Below are positions 57,184 to 64,000 of a stretch of DNA of 64,000 nucleotides, piece after piece. Each line of letters opens with the position of its first letter. Position 1 is the first letter of the stretch. The position numbers and the translations under genes are program-made. Source of the stretch: Candidatus Buchananbacteria bacterium RIFCSPLOWO2_01_FULL_39_33 (GTDB lineage Bacteria; Patescibacteriota; Patescibacteriia; 2-01-FULL-39-33); contig MHIM01000028.1 in assembly GCA_001817505.1 (NCBI GenBank), forward strand, positions 383 to 64,382, in the 5' to 3' direction. The notes beneath the pieces were generated by a model. It saw nothing but the letters and a program-made list of their open reading frames with translations. It was not told where the DNA came from and ran no database searches.

Positions 57184-58257
57184 ATGTTTGGCAGTCAAAA
57201 AAATTATCTTCCGCCGCCGGCTAAAGCGGCCAGGGGCAGCCAGCCAATCCGCCCGGCAGGAGTAGAAGCCAGGGATGAGGTTTATATTATGCCGGAGAAA
57301 TTCCATCCCCAAAAAATGAAGAGTTCATCAACTAAGACGCTGATTATCGCCACGGCTGTTTTATTAATTATAGCGACAGCCGCCGGTTCGTATCTTATTT
57401 ATGACCAGTGGCAACAAAATCAAACCCCAGTTGGAATTTCTGCCAATAAGAACACAACTATGGTAATTGAAAATATAAATACCAATATTGAGGCCAATAT
57501 TAATACCGGTCTTAATGCCAATGAGAATATAAACGTTAATACCAATGCCAATCTAAATGCCAATGAGAACGAGAATATCAATGCCAATCTAAATGCCAAT
57601 GAGAATATCAATGCCGATATCAGTGTCAGTCAGCCGCTGATTATTGTCAGAAGCGGCGACGCTGACAAGGATGGGCTGACTGATTTGGAAGAGGCCTTAA
57701 TTGGCAGTTCACCCAGTTCTCCGGACTCTGATCAGGATGGCTATTTAGATAGCGCCGAGATTATCAGCGGCTATAATCCGATTATCAATCCCGCTAGCGG
57801 CCAGCCGTTTCGTTTGGCTGAAGCGTCTTTTATCAGCCAGCTAACGACGGATTTTTCCGATGACAATTTCAGTCTTTCTTACATCAAGGGCTGGCCGGTC
57901 AACTTAATTGAGGCCTTACATGAAGCCAGGATCATAACCGCTACCGGTGAGATGATCAAGGTAGCTGTGGCTGATAATCCCAATCAAGTTTCGGCCGCTA
58001 ATTGGTATTTATCAGACCCCAAAAATTCTTCGGTCACTTTAAGCCAGCTTAACAGCTTAGAGTTTAGGGATTTTAAAGGCATCTATTCGCCAGACGGCTT
58101 GGCGGTCTATTTGACTGATTCCAAAAGAGAAAAAATTTATATTTTCCAATATGATTTAGATGAGATGACCGAATTTAGGTATCCGACGATTTTTGAAATG
58201 GTTATCAGGAGTTTGTCAATTGGGGCCGCGGCCACTTCTAGTTCAATGGCAATTTAG
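57184..58257 (+). CDS. Membrane protein with Asn-rich linker and DxDxDG repeats
   Basis: TM, NANENINANLNAN repeats, DADKDGL/DSDQDGY. Confidence 0.78.
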   Translation: MFGSQKNYLPPPAKAARGSQPIRPAGVEARDEVYIMPEKFHPQKMKSSSTKTLIIATAVLLIIATAAGSYLIYDQWQQNQTPVGISANKNTTMVIENINTNIEANINTGLNANENINVNTNANLNANENENINANLNANENINADISVSQPLIIVRSGDADKDGLTDLEEALIGSSPSSPDSDQDGYLDSAEIISGYNPIINPASGQPFRLAEASFISQLTTDFSDDNFSLSYIKGWPVNLIEALHEARIITATGEMIKVAVADNPNQVSAANWYLSDPKNSSVTLSQLNSLEFRDFKGIYSPDGLAVYLTDSKREKIYIFQYDLDEMTEFRYPTIFEMVIRSLSIGAAATSSSMAI

Positions 58258-58260
58258 TTT

Positions 58261-58755
58261 ATGCTGATTTTTGAAGTGCACCAACAAGCCAAAACTCCGG
58301 TTGCCGATAAATGGCTGAAAGAGGTAGCGCAAGCGTTTTATAAGCAGAGCGGTTTAAAGGGGGACTGGCATTTTTCTCTGGCTTTTATCGGCAATCCGGC
58401 TATGAGGCGGTTGAACCGCCTCTATCGCCAGGTTGATGCCAATACCGATGTCTTGAGCTTTGGGGAGAATTCAGCCAGAGATAAATTTTGGTCGGTTGAC
58501 AACCAAAAGTATTTGGGGGAAATCATCATTGCTGTCCCCCAAGCCAGAAAACAAGCTCGGGTTTTGAAGTGCAGTTTAAAAGCTGAAGTGGCTCGGCTGC
58601 TGGTTCACGGCTTGGCACATTTAGCCGGCTATAACCATGAAAGCGGCGATTTAAAAAAGGCCAAGAGAATGCTGAAATTGGAGAAGCGAATATTAGTGGC
58701 CTTAAAACTCTGGAAACTATTTAGGTTTGAAGAAGAGCTCGGCCACCCTAAATAA
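58261..58755 (+). CDS. ybeY: rRNA maturation endoribonuclease YbeY
   Basis: LNRLYR..TDVLSF..LGEIII..HGLAHLAGYNH. Confidence 0.95.
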   Translation: MLIFEVHQQAKTPVADKWLKEVAQAFYKQSGLKGDWHFSLAFIGNPAMRRLNRLYRQVDANTDVLSFGENSARDKFWSVDNQKYLGEIIIAVPQARKQARVLKCSLKAEVARLLVHGLAHLAGYNHESGDLKKAKRMLKLEKRILVALKLWKLFRFEEELGHPK

Positions 58756-58867
58756 TTGTTGAACACAATTTTTATTCAATAGTTCACTTATTGATGCTTG
58801 AAGTGAACATCTTTTTTTATTATAATACCATCAAGACAGGTTGAGGTATTATTTACATATTAAGCCC

Positions 58868-60115
58868 ATGCTAAAAGACAATTTAATAACCGGTTTGGAT
58901 ATAGGTTCCACTGCCATCAGAGTGGTGGCTGGGCAAAAATCCAAAGGCGAAGAAAAATTAAAAATCATCGGAGCGGTGGAAGTGCCGGCTCAAGGCATCA
59001 GTAAAGGTGTGGTTATCAGCGTTGAAGATGCTGTCTCTTCAATTTCTTCGGCTTTGGAAAAAGTTGAAAGAATGATCGGCCAGCCAATTGAGCAGGCCTG
59101 GGTGGGTATCTCCGGTTCTCATATCATCAATCAAGAGAGTAAAGGCGTAGTGGCTGTTTCCAAAGCCGACGGTGAAATCAGGGAAGAGGATGTGGAAAGA
59201 GTGATTGAAGCCGCCAAAGCCATTGCTACTCCGCCCAATTATGAAATCCTGCATGTTATTCCCAAAAACTTTACTGTTGATTCGCAAACCGGCATCAAGG
59301 ATCCTATTGGCATGAGTGGCATTCGGCTGGAAGTGGAAACGCAGATTGTCCAGGGACTGACTTCTCAGATTAAAAATCTGACCAAATGCATTTATCGTAC
59401 CGGCATTGACATTGATGATTTGGTGCTTTCCATTTTAGCCACAGCCGAAAGTGTTTTAACCAACCGCCAGAAAGAATTAGGCGTGGTGGTAGTTAATTTG
59501 GGCGGCGCCACTTCCAGTTTGGCGGTCTTTGAAGAAAATGATGTTTTACAGACCACCGTCTTGCCAATCGGTTCTGAATATGTTACCAATGATATTGCTC
59601 TGGGCTTGAAAATTTCTATTGATACGGCTGAAAAAATCAAAATCAGGGAGGGCAGCTGTTTGCCCAAGGAAGTTAAAAAAAATGATTTAGTCAAATATGC
59701 GGAATTGGGCGCGCCGGAAGACGGCGATTTCAGCCGTAAGGAAGTAGCGGAAATCATTGAAGCCAGGATTGAAGAGATTATGGAAAATGTTGATAAAGAG
59801 CTGAAAAAAATCGGCAAATCAGGTATGTTGCCGGCTGGCGTGGTTTTAACCGGCGGCGGCGCCAAATTAGATGGCTTAGCAGAGGTAGCCAAAAATGTTT
59901 TGCGGTTGCCGGCCTCGCTGGGCTATCCTCGGGAATTGATATCTAACATCGGTAAAGTGAGCGATTTGTCTTTTACTACTGCCATTGGCTTGGTTTTATG
60001 GGGCAGCCAGCTTCAGGAGCGAGGCCGACATGGCCTGATGCCTTTTCAAATCGGAGGTAGTATTGAAGGCGCGACTAAACATTTAAGGAAGTGGTTCAAA
60101 AATATATTGCCTTAA
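58868..60115 (+). CDS. ftsA: Cell division protein FtsA
   Basis: GLDIGST, DPIGMSGIRLEV, AEKIK, GVVLTGGGA; start taken at MLKDN. Confidence 0.96.
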   Translation: MLKDNLITGLDIGSTAIRVVAGQKSKGEEKLKIIGAVEVPAQGISKGVVISVEDAVSSISSALEKVERMIGQPIEQAWVGISGSHIINQESKGVVAVSKADGEIREEDVERVIEAAKAIATPPNYEILHVIPKNFTVDSQTGIKDPIGMSGIRLEVETQIVQGLTSQIKNLTKCIYRTGIDIDDLVLSILATAESVLTNRQKELGVVVVNLGGATSSLAVFEENDVLQTTVLPIGSEYVTNDIALGLKISIDTAEKIKIREGSCLPKEVKKNDLVKYAELGAPEDGDFSRKEVAEIIEARIEEIMENVDKELKKIGKSGMLPAGVVLTGGGAKLDGLAEVAKNVLRLPASLGYPRELISNIGKVSDLSFTTAIGLVLWGSQLQERGRHGLMPFQIGGSIEGATKHLRKWFKNILP

Positions 60116-60165
60116 AAATATATTAGCTTGTAGGTTGTAGCTTTTTAGCTTTTTAGGAATTAAAC

Positions 60166-60348
60166 TAATAAGCTAATAAGCTAAAATATTATAACCTAAT
60201 AAGCTAAGAAGCTAATAAGCTAAAATATTATAACCTAATAAGCTAAGAAGCTAATAAGCTAATAAGCTAATAAGCTAAGAAGCTAAGAAGCTAATAAGCT
60301 AATAAGCTAAAATATTATAACCTAATAAGCTAAGAAGCTAATAAGCTA
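60166..60348. repeat. Tandem array of TAATAAGC/TAAGAAGC octamers with three TAAAATATTATAACC spacers
   Basis: Read directly; ends 7 nt before the ftsZ ATG. Confidence 0.9.
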
Positions 60349-60355
60349 AATAAAT

Positions 60356-61540
60356 ATGCCTGAAATAAAACCGGAAGTGGAAACTTTTGCAAAAATTAAA
60401 GTGGTAGGCGTCGGCGGCTCGGGCGGCTCAGCCATTAATCGCATGATCGCTTCCAAAATCAAGGGAGTTGAATTTATTGCGGTCAATACCGATGTCCAGG
60501 CCCTGCTTCATAATAATGCCAGACATAAGTTGCATATTGGCGAATCAACCACCAAGGGCTTGGGAGCAGGCATGGATCCCAATATCGGCTTACAAGCTGC
60601 CCAAGAAAGCATCAATGAGCTCCGGGACTTATTAAAAGGTTCGGATATGGTTTTTGTCACTTGCGGTTTGGGTGGTGGCACAGGCACCGGTGCTTCACCG
60701 GTAATAGCTCAAGTAGCCAAAGAACTGGGCGCTTTAGTGATTGCCGTTGTCACTAAGCCGTTTTCTTTTGAAGGGGTCCAAAGAACGGAAATAGCCGAAA
60801 GGGGCTATAAAGAATTGGAAAGCCGGGTGGATACCATCATTACTATTCCCAATGATAAGATATTTCAGATAATTGATAAAAAAACTTCGCTCTTGGATGC
60901 TTTTAAAATAGTTGATGATGTTTTAAGACAAGGTATCCAAGGTATTTCCGAAGCCATTACCATCCCTGGTCTTATTAATGTTGATTTTGCCGACATCAAG
61001 GCGATTATGAACAATGCCGGTTCGGCTTTGATGGGCATTGGCGAAGCCACCGGAGAAAATCGGGCAGTAGTGGCCGCTAAAAAAGCCATTTCTTCTCCGC
61101 TTTTGGATATTTCCATTGACGGAGCCAGAGGCGTCTTATTCATTTTTATCGGCAGTCCAAGTTTAACCATGAATGAGATTAATGAGGCAGCCAATGTTAT
61201 CACGGAAAACGCCGATGCCAACGCCAAAATAATATTTGGCACGGTGATTGATGATAATATGAAGGATAAGGTGCGAGTGACGGTTATTGCCACTGGTTTT
61301 GATGATCGGCGTCCGTCGGTCAACCGGTCGATGTCGCTGGAAGAACCTAAGTATTCCATGAATCGCTTTTTTTCCAAAAAAAATATTGAAGATAAGATAG
61401 AAGAAGCCAAAAAAACAGTTGAACCCTCCAAAGAAAGCGGCGTTAAAACTTTTATAACCGAACCCAAGCCGGCTAAACGGATCGTGGCCGAAGAAGATGA
61501 TTTAGAAATCCCGGCTTTTATCAGAAGGAAGATGAAATAA
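60356..61540 (+). CDS. ftsZ: Cell division protein FtsZ
   Basis: [16 protein letters not shown] tubulin motif, NVDFAD, C-terminal [10 protein letters not shown]. Confidence 0.98.
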   Translation: MPEIKPEVETFAKIKVVGVGGSGGSAINRMIASKIKGVEFIAVNTDVQALLHNNARHKLHIGESTTKGLGAGMDPNIGLQAAQESINELRDLLKGSDMVFVTCGLGGGTGTGASPVIAQVAKELGALVIAVVTKPFSFEGVQRTEIAERGYKELESRVDTIITIPNDKIFQIIDKKTSLLDAFKIVDDVLRQGIQGISEAITIPGLINVDFADIKAIMNNAGSALMGIGEATGENRAVVAAKKAISSPLLDISIDGARGVLFIFIGSPSLTMNEINEAANVITENADANAKIIFGTVIDDNMKDKVRVTVIATGFDDRRPSVNRSMSLEEPKYSMNRFFSKKNIEDKIEEAKKTVEPSKESGVKTFITEPKPAKRIVAEEDDLEIPAFIRRKMK

Positions 61541-61619
61541 CTTTCCTTACTCCAGCCCAGAAAAATATTTTTAGTTTTATCTTACCCCGATCTCTGGCCT
61601 TGATTTATCGGGGTAGTTT

Positions 61620-61690
61620 TTATCCACAATTTAAGGTAAAACTCCAGTAAAACCAAATTTTTGACACTTGTTTTAACTAGAGGGTATAAT
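61620..61690 (+). promoter_or_regulatory. nrdD promoter (TTGACA-N18-TATAAT) preceded by a perfect DnaA box
   Basis: TTATCCACA 61620-61628; TTGACA 61661-61666; TATAAT 61685-61690. Confidence 0.65.
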
Positions 61691-61817
61691 GGGTATTATT
61701 AAGGGAAGAAATATAAGGAAATAGATCTATTTTTTGCCAGTAACCACATTTTTGCAAAACATTCAGGGATCTATTTTTTTCTTCTTTAAGATTCATTAAA
61801 AATTAAGCCGATCAAGC

Positions 61818-64000
61818 ATGGAAACCCAGATAAAACAAGTTAAAAAAAGGGACGGCAGTATAGTTGACTTCAACCAAAATAAGATAACTAATGCCATTTA
61901 TCAAGCACTCAAAGCGGTCAATCGCGATGATGAGGCCTTATCTTTTGAATTGTCGGAGAAAGTGGTCGGTTTGCTGAACAATAAATTCCATTATCGTTCC
62001 ATACCGGCTATTGAAGAAATACAAGATCTGGTGGAAGAGGTTCTAATCAGAGAAGATTTGGTTAAAGCCGCCAAGGCCTATATTATTTACCGAGAACAGC
62101 ATGCTCGCTTGCGGGATTTGAAGAAAATGATCAATTCCAATGATATTATTGACGGTTATTTGAAGCAATTGGATTGGCGGGTCAAAGAAAATGCCAATAT
62201 GAGCTATTCTTTGCAGGGCTTGAACAACCATGTGGCTTCGGCTATCAGCTCACATTATTGGCTTAATAAAATTTATCCTCCGGAAATCAGGGACGCTCAT
62301 ATTGACGGCACTTTACATATCCATGATTTACAACTTTTGGCGGTTTATTGCTGCGGTTGGGATCTTCAACAATTACTGCGTCTCGGTTTTGGCGGCGTTC
62401 ACGGCAAGATTAATAGCAAGCCAGCCAAACATTTTCGGGTGATTTTAGGCCAAATTGTCAATTTTTTTTACACCTTGCAGGGCGAAGCAGCCGGCGCCCA
62501 GGCCTTTGCCAATATGGATACTTTGCTGGCGCCCTTTATCAGATATGATCAGCTTGATTATAAAGGCGTCAAACAAGCGATCCAGGAATTTATTTTCAAT
62601 GTCAACGTGCCAACCCGGGTGGGCTTTCAGTGTTTATCTGGGGACACGGAGATTTTAACTGCCCAAGGTTGGCGTGGTTATAAAGAGGTCAAAGAAAAAG
62701 ATATTATTGCTACCTTTAACACTAATTCCGGTATTATCGAATATCTGCCGGTCAAGCGTGTCTTTGCTCGTGAGTATAAAGGTAAAATGTATAATTTAAA
62801 AAATCGCATCAGCGATCAGCTGATTTCACCGGCCCATCGCGTGGTCAGGCGGCAATTTAATGGCGGTGGCTATGTTTTGGAGCCGATTGAAAAGGTGTGG
62901 CGATTAAAATCGCTGTTTATCGTGCCCGTGGGTTCGCTCGGCCATGTTCGCGGCCAAAGTTCCTTAAACGATGCCTGGGTTAAATTTTTAGCTTGGGTGA
63001 TCAGTGAGGGTACTTTGGATAAGGGTCAAAGAGGCGCCGGACGAATTAGTATTTATCAATCAGCCGAAGTTAAGTTAAGCGAATATGAGGAAATTAAAGA
63101 TCTCTGTGCTGAATTAAATTTAACTTATACGGAAAGGACACAAAGCGGTTTGGGAGCCGATTGCCAGGTGTTGCGCTTTGACGCCCTGTCAACTAAAAAG
63201 ATTTTGAAATTTTTTGGCGGTCATAAGTCATCGGGCATTAAGTTTATTCCGGCTGAAATCCTATCGGCTGAGACGGAAACAGCCAGGTTGTTTTTAGAAA
63301 CTTATATCAAAGGTGACGGTCATGACGAGTGCAAAATTACGACAACTTCCACGATTATAAAAGACGGTTTATTAATGGTGGCGGCTAATGCCGGTTATGG
63401 CGCGACAACATTAGTTAGGCAGCCGGATAATAAATTATCAAAGAAAGATCGCTATATCATTCGTTTAATTAAGCATGTTGACACTTATATAAACGAAGTC
63501 AAACAAGTTGATTATCGTGGTGTGATTTGGTGTCCCAATACTGACAATGAAACTGTAATCGCGCGCCGAAACGGCAAGATTTTTATTACTGGCAATACCC
63601 CTTTTACTAATTTAACCTTTGATCTGATTTGTCCGTCAACCTTAGCCAAGGAAAGTGTGATTATCGGCGGTTTGCCCCAGCCAGAAACCTATAAAGAATT
63701 CCAAGAGGAAATGAACTTGCTTAACCGGGCTTTTGCCGAAGTGATGATGGAAGGCGATGCTCACGGCCGGGTTTTTACTTTTCCTATTCCCACCTACAAT
63801 ATTTCCAGCGATTTTGATTGGGATAATGAGGTTTTTAATCCGCTTTGGGAAATGACAGCCAAATACGGCATCCCTTATTTTGCTAATTTCATCAATAGCG
63901 ATATGAAAGCCGAGGATGCCAGGAGTATGTGTTGCCGTTTGCGACTAGATAATCGGGAACTGCGGAAAAGAGGCGGCGGAATTTTTGCCGCCAATCCCAT
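61818..64000 (+). CDS. nrdD: Anaerobic (class III) ribonucleoside-triphosphate reductase with ATP cone and an intein; 3' end outside the window
   Basis: Hand translation: METQIKQVKKRDG (ATP cone), DWRVKENAN, HIHDL, YCCGWDL, QGEAAGAQA, FTFPIPTYN, RSMCCRL; missing from the ORF track because it has no stop. Confidence 0.93.
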   Translation, partial: METQIKQVKKRDGSIVDFNQNKITNAIYQALKAVNRDDEALSFELSEKVVGLLNNKFHYRSIPAIEEIQDLVEEVLIREDLVKAAKAYIIYREQHARLRDLKKMINSNDIIDGYLKQLDWRVKENANMSYSLQGLNNHVASAISSHYWLNKIYPPEIRDAHIDGTLHIHDLQLLAVYCCGWDLQQLLRLGFGGVHGKINSKPAKHFRVILGQIVNFFYTLQGEAAGAQAFANMDTLLAPFIRYDQLDYKGVKQAIQEFIFNVNVPTRVGFQCLSGDTEILTAQGWRGYKEVKEKDIIATFNTNSGIIEYLPVKRVFAREYKGKMYNLKNRISDQLISPAHRVVRRQFNGGGYVLEPIEKVWRLKSLFIVPVGSLGHVRGQSSLNDAWVKFLAWVISEGTLDKGQRGAGRISIYQSAEVKLSEYEEIKDLCAELNLTYTERTQSGLGADCQVLRFDALSTKKILKFFGGHKSSGIKFIPAEILSAETETARLFLETYIKGDGHDECKITTTSTIIKDGLLMVAANAGYGATTLVRQPDNKLSKKDRYIIRLIKHVDTYINEVKQVDYRGVIWCPNTDNETVIARRNGKIFITGNTPFTNLTFDLICPSTLAKESVIIGGLPQPETYKEFQEEMNLLNRAFAEVMMEGDAHGRVFTFPIPTYNISSDFDWDNEVFNPLWEMTAKYGIPYFANFINSDMKAEDARSMCCRLRLDNRELRKRGGGIFAANP
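62631..63596 (+). mobile_element. 322-aa intein with LAGLIDADG homing endonuclease domain in NrdD
   Basis: RVGFQ|CLSGDTEILT..SPAHRV..FLAWVISEG..FLETYIKGDG..IWCPNT..IFITGN|TPFTN; in frame; exteins rejoin as GFQTPFTN. Confidence 0.92.

Noticed and set aside
60166-60348. Possible CRISPR array
   Set aside because: Units are 8-15 nt with no unique spacers, and there are no cas genes in the window.
62043-62658. Short ORFs listed in the track near the right end
   Set aside because: Alternative frames within nrdD.

Overview
AT-rich bacterial chromosome segment whose gene content suggests a CPR/Patescibacteria (Parcubacteria/ABY1-like) genome: homodimeric GlyRS, short RelA/SpoT, dprA-topA, pilin-anchored giant Cys-rich surface proteins and few Shine-Dalgarno sites (taxonomy is inference). 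Housekeeping genes include infC-rpmI-rplT, smpB+tmRNA, glyQS, parAB, rel, topA, dprA, pth, der, lepB, hisS, rpsU, yqeY, ybeY, ftsA, ftsZ and an intein-containing nrdD that runs off the right edge, plus six conventional tRNAs and one atypical one. The main find is a complete diversity-generating retroelement at about 14.0-17.8 kb: target gene with VR, TR differing only at adenines (20 of 20 mismatches), GNA-loop hairpin, Avd-like gene and RT. Its avd is antisense and appears to overlap the RT 5' end across a (GA)8 tract. Other points of interest: two integrase-less mini-islands at tRNA 3' ends bounded by 6-bp repeats, tRNA shadow copies carrying structured inserts, two unannotated structured RNAs in a tRNA operon, a 5x CCHC repeat mini-protein, a 3311-aa adhesin and dispersed 7-8-mer intergenic arrays. 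All calls are from manual reading; no database searches were run.
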